A stretch of DNA of 64,000 nucleotides, from NCBI GenBank assembly GCA_904419495.1, contig CAJFRV010000007.1:21763-85762 (forward strand), written 5' to 3'. Made by a program: the position numbers and the translations under genes. The stretch is from an uncultured Clostridia bacterium (lineage in GTDB: Bacteria > Bacillota > Clostridia > TANB77 > CAG-508). The notes below the pieces were generated by a model. That model searched no databases and was not told the DNA's origin. It was given only the letters and a program-made list of their open reading frames with translations. Below, in pieces: positions 18,641-29,849 of the stretch (within the stretch, counting starts at the first letter, position 1; every line of letters begins with the position of its first letter).

Positions 18641-19783
18641 ATGTTAAAGAAGGTAGCAATACTAGCAAATGGTGGAGATGTATCAGGATTTAATGCGGTA
18701 ATCAGAGCAATCAAGAAAACATGTGAAACAAATGGAATAGAATGCTATGGTTATATTGACGGATACAGAGGATTAGTAAAAAATAATTATGTTAGATTAG
18801 ATGGAAATGAATTAGCTTCAGGAATTTTGCCAAAAGGTGGTTCTATTATTGGATCATCAACAAATGCTATTGTGTTCCATTATAAAGTAGAACATGAAGA
18901 TGGAACAGTGACATATGAAGACTTATCAGACCAATGTGTAAAAAATGTAAAAGAAGCAGGATTTGATTGTGTATTTACATTAGGAGGAGACAGTACACAA
19001 AAATCAGCTAGAGACTTATACTTAAAAGGAATTAACACAATTGGTGTGCCAAAAACAATAGATAATGATGTTGCATGTACAGATATTACATTTGGATATA
19101 ATACAGCTGTTCATGTAGCGACTGAAGCTTTAGATAGATTACACACAACTGCAGAAACACATGATAGAATTATGGTATTAGAAGTAATGGGAAGGTTTGC
19201 AGGGTGGATAGCATTAGAATCTGCTATTTCTGGAGGAGCAGATGTGGCTTTAATACCAGAAATACCATACGATATTAATAAAGCAGCAGAAGCTATCAAT
19301 AAAAGAAAAGAAAATGGAAAAAGATTTAGTGTTGTGGTTGTTTCAGAAGGAGCACATCCAAAGGATGAAGAAGGAACAACACATTCAGCAGAAGGAATTG
19401 ACAATAAAGCAGGGATTAGTGTTAAATTCGGAGGAGAAGGCAATAGAGTTGCAAAAAAACTTCAAGAATTAACAGGATTAGAATCAAGATGTACAATTTT
19501 AGGATATATGCAAAGAGGAGGAACTCCAACAGCATATGATAGAGTATTATCTACAAAATATGGTGCAAAAGCAGTAGAACTTGCTATGGAAGGACAGTTT
19601 GGAGTATTAACAGTTATAAAGAACGGGAAATTAGATTGTGTACCATTAGAAGTTGTAGTCGGAGAAAACAAAGAAATAGGAGCTGTTCAAGGTGGTACAG
19701 CAGAAAGTAATGTTAGATACGTAACAATGGATGATGACTTAGTAAAAACAGCAAGAGATATAGGAATATGTTTAGGAGATTAG
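18641..19783 (+). CDS. pfkA: 6-phosphofructokinase
   Basis: NGGDVSGFNAVIRA, LGGDST, PKTIDND, EVMGR, LGYMQRGG. ATG 18641 follows GGGAGG. Confidence 0.92.
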   Translation: MLKKVAILANGGDVSGFNAVIRAIKKTCETNGIECYGYIDGYRGLVKNNYVRLDGNELASGILPKGGSIIGSSTNAIVFHYKVEHEDGTVTYEDLSDQCVKNVKEAGFDCVFTLGGDSTQKSARDLYLKGINTIGVPKTIDNDVACTDITFGYNTAVHVATEALDRLHTTAETHDRIMVLEVMGRFAGWIALESAISGGADVALIPEIPYDINKAAEAINKRKENGKRFSVVVVSEGAHPKDEEGTTHSAEGIDNKAGISVKFGGEGNRVAKKLQELTGLESRCTILGYMQRGGTPTAYDRVLSTKYGAKAVELAMEGQFGVLTVIKNGKLDCVPLEVVVGENKEIGAVQGGTAESNVRYVTMDDDLVKTARDIGICLGD

Positions 19784-19885
19784 TTTATTTTAAAAAGTAA
19801 AAAATCAAAAAAATAGTAAATAAGCTTATATACATAAGTTTATTACTATTTTTTTATAAAGATAATAATATTAGGGGAAAAAATA

Positions 19886-21205
19886 ATGAATATATTAATG
19901 TATTATATTAAATATTTAAAGGAAAGAAAACAAAAAATGAATTTTTTTCTTACAAATTCTTTTTATCACACAAATGGGCAATGGCCCCCTAAGAGTGATG
20001 AAGATTATAAGAATGATTTAATCAGAAAATTTATAAGTGAATTTAGAAAAAAAGTAAAAAGAAAACTAAAAGTTAGAATTTTCAGTTGTGTACCTGAATT
20101 ATCTATGGATGGAAGTTTTTTTTATTCTGATGAAAAAGGTGAATTTTTAACTTTTACAATTTATTTGGAAAATGTACCTCCAGAAAGAATTGGACTAAAA
20201 AAAGGAGTGTATATTGATAATAATCATGATATTGTAAAAATTTTTTATAAGACATTAAAAAGATATAGATTACCGGGAATTGATAAAAGTACAAGAATAA
20301 AATTTTTCATAACAAACTATCAAGATTGTTATGAAGGAAAAATATGTTTTAGTGTAGAAGAAGAGCTAAAAAAATCAGCAAGAACACATAAAGAGTTATC
20401 TGTAACAACAACAAATGATGGTTTTGTACTTGGATTGGAAGATGAAGTATATAATCAATATATAAATGATGAAAAGTATTTGAAAAAATATAGAAACATG
20501 ATCATAAAAAGAGTAAAAAAACTAGATACAGAAAATAGAATTGATTTAAATAAAATTGTAGTTTATATAGAACCATTATCTGTATGGCATGAAAAGGCAT
20601 GGAATCAAAGTCGATCAGGAATACTTTTAGAAAATGTAAAAAAAATCGAGCCTACAACAGATGAAAATGAAGGGAGAACCATGATAGACTATAATCCAGT
20701 AAATGAAAAAGGCTTTTACAAAAGCTATATGTTTTTATCAAAAGCAATGGTTATACTTTTAATTATAAGTCTAGTGATGGACAGTTTGGTAAAATTACTT
20801 TTCTTTGGATTACTATTACCAATTTATGTTATTATTTCTATAATATTCTTCTTTGGATATCTTAAATCATCAAAAATCTTTTCTATTGTTCTAGTAGCCT
20901 TATTACTATTATTTTCTATTAGCAATTATAAATATATATTAGATACAAAGATATTTTTTGAAGGAGGAGGCGTTACTGAGATAGGTACATGGGAAGAATT
21001 ATCAAATGATTCTTATGATTATATTATGATAAAAAGTAAACCAGTTCGAAATTATTATACAATAGGAAAAATAAATGATAAGGTATTTAAGATTAAAGAA
21101 AAACTAATTAGTGGAAAAAAATATAAAATAAGATATTTACCAAATACGAATATAATATTAGGAGTAACGCTCTTAAATGATCAAAATATGAACGATAATG
21201 AATGA
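19886..21205 (+). CDS. Hypothetical membrane protein
   Basis: 439-aa ORF with a hydrophobic multi-helix block in the C-terminal half; no family recognised; start uncertain. Confidence 0.6.
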   Translation: MNILMYYIKYLKERKQKMNFFLTNSFYHTNGQWPPKSDEDYKNDLIRKFISEFRKKVKRKLKVRIFSCVPELSMDGSFFYSDEKGEFLTFTIYLENVPPERIGLKKGVYIDNNHDIVKIFYKTLKRYRLPGIDKSTRIKFFITNYQDCYEGKICFSVEEELKKSARTHKELSVTTTNDGFVLGLEDEVYNQYINDEKYLKKYRNMIIKRVKKLDTENRIDLNKIVVYIEPLSVWHEKAWNQSRSGILLENVKKIEPTTDENEGRTMIDYNPVNEKGFYKSYMFLSKAMVILLIISLVMDSLVKLLFFGLLLPIYVIISIIFFFGYLKSSKIFSIVLVALLLLFSISNYKYILDTKIFFEGGGVTEIGTWEELSNDSYDYIMIKSKPVRNYYTIGKINDKVFKIKEKLISGKKYKIRYLPNTNIILGVTLLNDQNMNDNE

Positions 21206-21325
21206 GTTTTATAGTTTTTATTTCTCAAATTTGACTAAAAGAGAAAAAGATGTTAACATAAATGTAAGAGGGAAGCAGCATATTTTAAAGTTTAATTAAA
21301 CATTAAAGATAAGGGGGCATTTTCT

Positions 21326-21712
21326 ATGTGGAGATATATACAACAGATAAAATGGTGGATAATTGGTTATGCAATAATTGTTTTAATCGTGTCAGTGGTA
21401 GGCAATTTTACATTACCAACAATGTTAATTTCATTAGTGGCATTACTATTATTACTTACCCTGTTTGACATGAATTGCTATCAAAAAGCCAATATGTTAT
21501 ACAATCGGTATGCAAGGTTACAGAATCGATTGAATACATTGCGGAAAAATGAGCAGGTGCCGGAAGAATATTGGAAAGACTTTAAAAAATTGGAAGTATA
21601 TATTAGAAATAATAGACAGCTACTTAAAAAATATGAAGATGTATATCTCATAGAAAGGCAAGCTGTCAAAAGAATTTTAAAAGAAAAAAGAAAAATGCTA
21701 ACCACTAAGTAA
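21326..21712 (+). CDS. Hypothetical membrane protein
   Basis: Two N-terminal TM segments then a basic helical region; AAGGGGG RBS; hairpin downstream. Confidence 0.6.
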   Translation: MWRYIQQIKWWIIGYAIIVLIVSVVGNFTLPTMLISLVALLLLLTLFDMNCYQKANMLYNRYARLQNRLNTLRKNEQVPEEYWKDFKKLEVYIRNNRQLLKKYEDVYLIERQAVKRILKEKRKMLTTK

Positions 21713-21861
21713 TACAAAGTGGTTTCCCTCTAAGAGGATGTTTTGGAAAAACCAAGACATCCTCTTTATTACATTTATATTACATTTTAATGATTTTAGT
21801 TGTGATAAAAAAATATTATTGGTATAATTTGGGTATAATAAAATACGAAGGAGGAATCGTT

Positions 21862-23028
21862 ATGTTAAAATCAAATGTAGCATGGAGTACAAATGAAGAT
21901 AGTTATACGCAAGGAAAAGAAGCAGCAGAGAAAGCAGTTGTAGACTTAGTACAAACAAAAGTCGCATTTTTATATACATCAGTAGACTGTGATGTCAAAA
22001 AAGTATTAGAAGGAGCAAAATCTGAATTAGGAACAGCACCAATTATAGGATGTACATCAAGTGCAGGTATCATTGTACCAGATGGTTTTATTTCATCAGA
22101 TAATGGATTTACAGGAATATTAGCATTAGGTGATCCAGATACAGAAGTTGGTGTGGCAAGTTCTGAAAGAGGTAGAGATCCAAGAGAAACAGGAAGAAAA
22201 GTAGCAATGGAAGCTATGAAAATGGCAGGTAGAACAGATGCACCTCAATATTTCTATATGGTAGCTTCTCCAGCAGAAGAAGAATTCTATATTAAAGGAA
22301 TTGAAGATGTTATAGGAAGAGTTCCTGTATTTGGTGGAAGTGCAGCAGATAATACAGTAGAAGGAAAATGGAGCATTTATACAAATGATAAAATATTTGC
22401 AGATGGTGTTGCAGTTGCATTTTTCTATACAGATAAAGAAATGAAAAATGTATATACAGGAGAATATCATGAAACAACAAATTCAGGAGTTATTACAAAA
22501 ATAAAGGGAAATAGAACATTAGTAGAAATTGATGGAACACCAGCAATTAAAAAATATGCTTCTTGGACAGGAAAAAAACTAAAAGATTTAGAAGCAGATA
22601 ACTTATTAGTTTCAACAATTACAGCGCCTTTAGGTGTAAAAGATAGACTAGGAGATTTAATTGCTATACGCCATCCAATGTATGGAAATGAAGATGGATC
22701 TATGAATATAGGTGCAAATTTAGCAGTAAATACAGCTGTTATTCAAATGGAGGCATCTGTTGATGAATTAATCAATTCTACAGGAAAAACAATGAAAGAA
22801 TTAAATAAAGAAATGAATGGAGATGTAGGTGCATATTTATTAGTTCATTGTGGAGGAAGAAGACTAGGAATTGGTGATAGAATTGATGAAGTTGCAAAAC
22901 AACTAAAGAAAGAAGCAAAAGGTGTACCATTTATTACTATATTTACATTTGGAGAATATGGAGTAAAAGATCATGGTGCTAATACAACAGGAGGTTTAAT
23001 GCTATCATTTACGGCATTTGGTAAATGA
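21862..23028 (+). CDS. FIST-domain protein
   Basis: IIGCTSSAG, PVFGGSAAD, HCGGRR and FTFGEY motifs typical of FIST N/C domains. ATG 21862 follows AGGAGG. Confidence 0.85.
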   Translation: MLKSNVAWSTNEDSYTQGKEAAEKAVVDLVQTKVAFLYTSVDCDVKKVLEGAKSELGTAPIIGCTSSAGIIVPDGFISSDNGFTGILALGDPDTEVGVASSERGRDPRETGRKVAMEAMKMAGRTDAPQYFYMVASPAEEEFYIKGIEDVIGRVPVFGGSAADNTVEGKWSIYTNDKIFADGVAVAFFYTDKEMKNVYTGEYHETTNSGVITKIKGNRTLVEIDGTPAIKKYASWTGKKLKDLEADNLLVSTITAPLGVKDRLGDLIAIRHPMYGNEDGSMNIGANLAVNTAVIQMEASVDELINSTGKTMKELNKEMNGDVGAYLLVHCGGRRLGIGDRIDEVAKQLKKEAKGVPFITIFTFGEYGVKDHGANTTGGLMLSFTAFGK

Positions 23029-23160
23029 AGAGCAGGGAAAAAACCACAATCCAAAGAAAATTATGAATGTACAATTGAAAATTATACAACAAAAGAAGGA
23101 CACAACATAGAAATAGCAGTTTGTAAAAATAAAAATCTTGATATAAAGGAGGAAACAACA

Positions 23161-24594
23161 GTGAAAAATTTAATAGGATATGAATGGAAAGAAGCTTCAA
23201 ATGAAGCAAAAATAGAGGTTGTTAATCCTGCAACACAAGAACTAATTGATACAGTACCAAATGTAACAGAAGAAGACGTGGATACTGCAGTAAAAGTAGC
23301 AATGGTAGAGCAAAAGAAATGGGAAAAAGTATCTATTTATGAAAGAGCAGATATTTTATATAAATTTGTAGATCTAGTAGAAGAAAATAAAGAAAGATTA
23401 GCAATTCTTTTATCAAATGAGACAGGTAAACCAATCAGAGAGGCAAGAGGCGAAATTGCAAATGTCAGAATTGGTACAAGAGGATTTATTGAAAGAGCAA
23501 AACATTTATATGGTGAAAGCATTCCAGCAGGTACAGAAGCAGGACAAGAAACAACAATGCAAATTACAAAAAGATATCCAATTGGTGTTATTGCAGCAAT
23601 TATCCCATTTAATTTCCCAAGTGACTTATTCTGTCAAAAAGTACCACCAGCATTAATGATGGGAAATAGTATCATTGTAAAACCATCAAACTATAATCCA
23701 TTAACATTAATAGAATATGTAAAATTAATGATACAGGCAGGAGTACCAGCAGGTTGTATTCAAATATTAACAGGTGATGGACCAACAGCAGGACAAGCGC
23801 TAGCAAGACATCCGGGAGTTCATTTAGTATCTCTAACAGGAGGTACAGCAGCTGGAATACAAACGATGGGAACAGCATCAAAAAATCTAACGCATGTTAT
23901 GTTAGAATTAGGCGGAAATGATGCATTTATTTTCTTAGAAGATGGAGACATGGACTTAGCAGTAAAAGAAACGATCTGGGGAAGATTATATAATGGCGGA
24001 CAAGTTTGCTGTGCAAGTAAAAGATTTTTAATTCATAATTCTAGAAAACAAGAATTTATAGACAGGATGAAAGAAGTTATCTCTAATCTGAAAGTTGGAG
24101 ATCCAATGCAAGAAGATACAGATATGGGACCAATGATTAATATAAATGCAGCAAAAAGAATTGAAGAACAAGTAAATCAAATGGTAGCAGAAGGTGCAAC
24201 AATCGTTTGTGGAGGAAAAAGGGAAGATGCTTATTATTATCCAACTATCTTAGATAATGTGACCAAAGATATGGAAGTTGCAAAAGATATGGAAATCTTT
24301 GGACCAGTTATTTCTGTTATTGGATTTGACGATGTGGAAGAAGCGATCGAAATCGCAAATCAATCTTCATATGGATTATGTGGATGTGTCATCTCAAAAG
24401 ATTATTCAAGAGCAATGAAAATAGCTGATAAACTAGAATGTGGAGGAGCAGTTGTAAATGGTGCAAGTTTCTATCGTTCATTCGAAATGCCATTTGGTGG
24501 ATGGAAACATTCTGGAATTGGAAATGAAGGAGTTCTAACAACACTACAAGAAATGTCAAGAGTCAAAACAATTGTATTGAAAAATATATTATAG
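23161..24594 (+). CDS. NAD(P)-dependent aldehyde dehydrogenase (possibly lactaldehyde dehydrogenase)
   Basis: IIPFNFP, LELGGND, GQVCCA, EIFGPV, PFGGWKHSGIG. Confidence 0.92.
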   Translation: MKNLIGYEWKEASNEAKIEVVNPATQELIDTVPNVTEEDVDTAVKVAMVEQKKWEKVSIYERADILYKFVDLVEENKERLAILLSNETGKPIREARGEIANVRIGTRGFIERAKHLYGESIPAGTEAGQETTMQITKRYPIGVIAAIIPFNFPSDLFCQKVPPALMMGNSIIVKPSNYNPLTLIEYVKLMIQAGVPAGCIQILTGDGPTAGQALARHPGVHLVSLTGGTAAGIQTMGTASKNLTHVMLELGGNDAFIFLEDGDMDLAVKETIWGRLYNGGQVCCASKRFLIHNSRKQEFIDRMKEVISNLKVGDPMQEDTDMGPMININAAKRIEEQVNQMVAEGATIVCGGKREDAYYYPTILDNVTKDMEVAKDMEIFGPVISVIGFDDVEEAIEIANQSSYGLCGCVISKDYSRAMKIADKLECGGAVVNGASFYRSFEMPFGGWKHSGIGNEGVLTTLQEMSRVKTIVLKNIL

Positions 24595-24598
24595 CATT

Positions 24599-24704
24599 TG
24601 TCCAATTGGGGACGTTTCTGTTTGGGACATTTTTACGTAAACTAGAAAATGACTCAAATAGTAAACATAAAAATGTCCCAAACAGAAACGTCCCCAATTG
24701 GACA
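24599..24704. repeat. REP-like doublet (perfect 37-bp inverted repeat, 32-bp spacer)
   Basis: TGTCCAATTGGGGACGTTTCTGTTTGGGACATTTTTA at 24599-24635 and its exact reverse complement at 24668-24704. Confidence 0.9.
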
Positions 24705-24735
24705 CTTGATTGAACAAGGAATAGGTGAGAATAAA

Positions 24736-25377
24736 ATGAGTAAAAAGAAAATCATAATTATTTCAATATGTGTAATAGTTGTATTAATTATATTGGGAGT
24801 AGCTATATATTTTATAAGCAAAAATATAGAAGCAAGTGCAAATGAAAATAAATTATCAAAAATGTATAATAAAATGATGGAAAATAAGACTTATACAATT
24901 TCATTCAAATTAGATGATAATAATCAAAATACTATTTCAAGGAATGGAAATATGGCCAATATAGATACTTATAGTAATGGAAAGCATACCACTACAATTA
25001 TACGTGATGGAAATACACACTTGTTACTATATGATACCAAAAAATTTTACACGTATCAGAATAATGATATAGAGCTAGAAGAATTACCTAATAGCCTAAA
25101 TAAAATTTTACAAAGCCAAGAACCAACCAAAGGCGAGGAAGAAGTAAACGGAACAATGTACAAGTATGAAGAGTATAAAGGTGTAAATAGTTTTTTAATG
25201 AATGCCGATGATGAAACTTCAGAAGGAAATATTTCTACAAAATTTTACTTTAAAGGTGATAATTTAAAATATATAAAAACGATTATGGGAGATACATCTG
25301 AATTGTTAGAAATAAATTTATCTTATGGAACAGATAATAAGGCATTTGAAATACCTACTGATTTCCAAGAAGGATAA
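24736..25377 (+). CDS. Membrane-anchored hypothetical protein
   Basis: MSKKK plus a TM helix from ATG 24736 (AGGTGA RBS); beta-rich extracellular region ending FEIPTDF. Confidence 0.7.
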   Translation: MSKKKIIIISICVIVVLIILGVAIYFISKNIEASANENKLSKMYNKMMENKTYTISFKLDDNNQNTISRNGNMANIDTYSNGKHTTTIIRDGNTHLLLYDTKKFYTYQNNDIELEELPNSLNKILQSQEPTKGEEEVNGTMYKYEEYKGVNSFLMNADDETSEGNISTKFYFKGDNLKYIKTIMGDTSELLEINLSYGTDNKAFEIPTDFQEG

Positions 25378-25484
25378 TTCTTAGAGTTTTTAGGGAAATA
25401 ATGTTTTATAGTAAAAGAAAAATGACGGACAAAATTTAGTCCGCATTTTCTCTGTGTAAATTAATATTTGAGGAGGAATAAAAA

Positions 25485-26639
25485 ATGTCAATGAAATTTG
25501 TTTTAAATGAAACATCATATTTTGGGAAAGGAGCAAGAGAAGAACTTGCAGGAGAAATTCAAAAAAGAGGTTTTAAAAAAGTATTTTTGGTAAGTGATAA
25601 ATCTTTAGTAGAAGCTGGAGTAACAGCTAAAGTAGAAGAAGTATTAAATAAAGCAGGAATTCCATATGATCTATATGATGAAATTAAACCAAATCCAACA
25701 ATAAAGAATGTAACAGATGGTGTGGAAGCTTGTAAACAATCAGGAGCAGATATCATTGTTGCTGTAGGTGGTGGATCAAGTATTGATACATCAAAAGGAA
25801 TTTCAATTGTTATGACAAATCCAGATAGAGCAGATATCAAATCATTGAACGGAGCTTCAAATACAGTTAATAGAGGAATGCCAATTATTGCACTTCCAAC
25901 AACAGCTGGAACGGCAGCAGAAGTTACAATAAATTATGTAATAACAGATGAAGATGCTGAAATTAAAATGGTTTGTGTAGATCCAAATGATATTCCAATT
26001 TTAGCAATAGTAGATTCAGAATTAATGGCATCAATGCCTAAAAGTTTAGCAGCAGCAACAGGTATGGATGCATTGACACATGCAGTTGAAGGATATATTA
26101 CATTAGCACATAATGAAATGTCAGATATGTTTCATATGAAGGCTATTAAAATGATATTTAAATATTTAGCAGCAGCTGTTAATGACAAAGATGAGGAAGC
26201 AATTGAGATGATGGGAATGGCACAATATATTGCTGGAATGGGATTTTCAAATGTAGGACTTGGAATTGTTCATTCTATGGCACATCAATTAGGTGCTGTA
26301 TATGATACACCACATGGTATTGCTAATGCTATGTTACTTCCAACAGTTATGGAATTTAATGGAGAAGTATGTTATGAAAGATTTAGAGATATCTTAAAAG
26401 AATTAGGATATCCAGCTGATAAATATACAAAAGAAGAAGTTATAAAAACTTTTGTAAATAGAATTAAAGACTTATCAGAAGAAGTAGGAATTACTACAAA
26501 AATAACAGATTATGGTGCTAAAGAAGAAGATTTTGAAATGCTTGCAGATAAAGCTATGAATGATCCATGTAAACCGGGAAATCCAAGAGAAGTAGACAAA
26601 GAGACTTTTGTAGAATTATATAGAAAAGCAGCAGAATAA
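25485..26639 (+). CDS. fucO: Lactaldehyde reductase (iron-containing alcohol dehydrogenase)
   Basis: FVLNETSYFGKGA N-terminus, GGGSSID, PTTAGTAAEVT, GMDALTHAVEGY, HSMAHQLGAVYDTPHG. Confidence 0.88.
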   Translation: MSMKFVLNETSYFGKGAREELAGEIQKRGFKKVFLVSDKSLVEAGVTAKVEEVLNKAGIPYDLYDEIKPNPTIKNVTDGVEACKQSGADIIVAVGGGSSIDTSKGISIVMTNPDRADIKSLNGASNTVNRGMPIIALPTTAGTAAEVTINYVITDEDAEIKMVCVDPNDIPILAIVDSELMASMPKSLAAATGMDALTHAVEGYITLAHNEMSDMFHMKAIKMIFKYLAAAVNDKDEEAIEMMGMAQYIAGMGFSNVGLGIVHSMAHQLGAVYDTPHGIANAMLLPTVMEFNGEVCYERFRDILKELGYPADKYTKEEVIKTFVNRIKDLSEEVGITTKITDYGAKEEDFEMLADKAMNDPCKPGNPREVDKETFVELYRKAAE

Positions 26640-26739
26640 AATAAATCATAAATTTAAAAGAAAGTAATTCTATATAAATATTTATAAAAACACTTGTAAA
26701 ATCTAGAAAAATGTGCAATAATATTAACATAAAAGAAAA

Positions 26740-27039
26740 AGACAATAAAAAAGAGGAGTACATTTACACATATTTTTAGAGAATAGAAGTCATTGGCTGA
26801 AAGCTTCTTAAATCATGATAAATGGAAGGTAGCTTTTTTGTTGATATTCTGAAATAGTAGTAAGAATATCCGTTTAAGCAACGTTAAATGCTAAATGAGA
26901 TGTATAGTTATTTGCAAATGCAAAATAAATTTAAATCTTAATGAATTTTAAAAGGCGAAAATAAAAGCAAATAATTATATAAGTAAGGTGGTACCGTGAA
27001 TATCATTCGCCCTTATGTTTTATACATAAGGGCTTTTTT
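26740..27039 (+). promoter_or_regulatory. Valine T-box riboswitch leader
   Basis: AGAGA and GGCTGAA stem I motifs, specifier GTA (Val) at 26829-26831, T-box AAGGTGGTACCGTG at 26985-26998, terminator GCCCTTATG/CATAAGGGC plus T-run (27009-27039); directly upstream of valS. Confidence 0.92.
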
Positions 27040-27067
27040 GAATTTTTATAAAAGGAGGAAGATGAAT

Positions 27068-29730
27068 ATGCAGGATAAGTATAATCCAAAAGATTTTGAA
27101 GAAAAATTATATCAAGAATGGGAGGCAAAAGGCTATTTTAAACCAAGTATGGATAAAACCAAAGAAAGTTATTGCATTATGATGCCACCTCCAAATGTAA
27201 CTGGAAAATTACACATGGGGCATGCATTAGATGATACTATTCAAGATATTTTAATTCGTTTTAAAAGAATGCAAGGATATAATACTTTATGGCTTCCCGG
27301 AAGTGATCATGCTTCTATTTCAACAGAAATGAAAGTAGTTGAGAAATTAAAAAATGAAGGAAAAACAAAGCAAGAACTAGGTCGAGAAAAATTTTTAGAG
27401 GAAGCATGGGAATGGACAAGAATTTATGGAGGTACAATTCAAGAACAACAAAAGAAATTGGGATGTTCTTGTGATTGGGACAGAAGGAGATTTACCTTAG
27501 ATGAAGGATTATCAGATGCCGTTTTAGAACAATTCGTTGATTTATATAATAAGGGGTTAATTTATAAAGGAAAAAGAATGATTAACTATTGTCCAAGTTG
27601 TAAGACATCTATATCAGATGCAGAAGTAGAATACAAAGAAGAAGCTTCTCATCTATGGCATATTCGTTATCAGATAACAGGTGAAAAAGATAGATATATT
27701 ATTGTTGCTACAACAAGACCTGAAACCATGTTAGGAGATACAGCAGTTGCAGTTCACCCAGATGATGAAAGATATAAGGATTTAGTTGGAAAAACATGTA
27801 TTTTACCAATTATGAATAAAGAAATCCCAATTATTGCAGATGAATTTGTTGATAAAGAATTTGGAACAGGATGTGTTAAAATTACACCAGCACATGATAT
27901 GAATGATTATCAAGCAGGTTTAAGACATAACCTAGAGATTGTAGAAGTATTTGATGAAGATTATAAAATGGGTGATTTAGTTCCAGAATATAAAGGAATG
28001 GACTTATTAGAGGCTAGAAAAGCAATTGTGAAAAAACTAGAAGAAATTGGAGCATTAGTAAAAACAGAAGATTATACGCATAATGTAGCAAAATGTGAAA
28101 GATGTAAAACGACGATAGAGCCAAAAATATCTGAGCAATGGTTTGTTTCTATGAAAGAATTAGCAAAAAGAGCAGCAGACTCTGTTAGAAATCATGAGGC
28201 TAGATTTATTCCTAAAAAATATGAAAAACAATATTTTAATTGGCTAGATAATATACAAGATTGGTGTATTTCAAGACAATTATGGTGGGGACATCAAATA
28301 CCAGCATATTATTGCGAAGAATGTGGACATATTAATGTTGCAAAAACGGCACCTACAAAATGTGAAAAATGTGGAAGTACAAAATTACATCAAGATGAAG
28401 ATACATTAGATACATGGTTTAGTTCTGCATTATGGCCATTCTCAACTTTAGGTTGGCCAAACATGAAACAGAAGATTATAAAACATTCTATCCAACAAAT
28501 GTATTGGTTACAGGATTTGATATTATTACTTTCTGGGTATCTAGAATGATGTCACAGGGCCTAGAATTTACTGGTCAAGCACCATTTAAAGATATTTTAA
28601 TCCACGGAATGGTTCGTGATAGTCAAGGAAGAAAAATGTCTAAAACATTAGGAAATGGTATAGATCCAATTGAAATCATTGATGAATATGGAGCAGATAG
28701 TTTAAGATTTGCTGTCATATCAGGAACGACAATGGGAAATGACATTCGATACATGCCAGAAAAATTGGAACAAGCATCAAACTTTGCCAATAAAATATGG
28801 AATGCAACAAAATTTATTAGAAACAATGAAGTGAACGATGAAGATATTATTGATTTCCATACAAAAGTATTTGACAAAGAAACAGGTAAATACAAGAAAG
28901 AATTATTAAACTTAGAAGATAAATGGATTATTAATAAACTAGAAACATTAATCACAGAAGTAACCAATAATATGGAAAATTATGACTTAGGTGTTGCGTT
29001 AGATAAAGTATATAACTTTATATGGAATGAATTTTGTGATTGGTATATTGAAATGGTAAAACCAAGACTATATAGTGATGATTATAATGAAAAAGTAAAA
29101 GTTTGTTATGTATTAGATTATGTATTTGGTATTTCAATGAAACTATTACACCCATTTATGCCATTTGTTACAACAGAAATTTATAGAAATTTAGTACAAT
29201 ATAATGACAAAGAATTGATGGTATCAAAATGGCCTTATGCAAAAAATGAGAATACATTTAAAGAGGAAGAAGCGTTTGTAGAAAGACTAAAATCGATTAT
29301 TACAGAAATTAGAAATACAAGAGCAAACATGAATGTACATCCATCTAAAAAAGCAGAGTTAATCTTTGTTACTGAGAAATATGAGGAAGAAATTCAAGAA
29401 GCTAAAGAATTCTTGCTAAAATTAGGATTTGGAAATAATATTAGAATTCAAAAAGATAAAGTGGGAATCAAAGACAATGCAATTAGTATACTAGAAGAAG
29501 GAATTGCATTATATATGCCATTTGAAGGCTTAGTGGATATGGAACAAGAAAGAAAACGATTAGAAGAAGAGAAAAAAAGACTAGAAGGAGAAGTTGCTAG
29601 ATGTGAAAAGATGCTTTCTAATCCGGGATTTATGAATAAAGCCCCACAAAGTAAGATTGATGAAGAAAAAGCAAAGCTAGAGAAATATAAAGAAATGTTA
29701 GAAAAAGTAAAAGAAAATTTGAAAAATTAA
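27068..29730 (+). CDS. valS: Valyl-tRNA synthetase (split by an apparent 1-nt deletion near 28460)
   Basis: [25 protein letters not shown] and [11 protein letters not shown] in the first frame; [10 protein letters not shown] and the coiled-coil arm in the second. Confidence 0.93.
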
Positions 29731-29798
29731 TTATATAGAGCAGATACTTCTGATAGAATAAATATATTAGATTATAGATAAACAAAAAATATACTATC

Positions 29799-29849
29799 AA
29801 AATAAAAAGATACCTCATTCCATGAAAATATAAGGTATCTTTTTATTTT
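29799..29849. terminator. Bidirectional terminator
   Basis: AAAATAAAAAGATACCT / AGGTATCTTTTTATTTT inverted repeat between convergent genes. Confidence 0.7.

Noticed and set aside
24649..24735. N-terminal extension of the 242-aa ORF
   Set aside because: It runs through the REP-like inverted repeat; the RBS and signal-anchor pattern support ATG 24736.
26996..27067. valS N-terminal extension from GTG 26996
   Set aside because: It lies inside the T-box antiterminator/terminator; the AGGAGG RBS supports ATG 27068.
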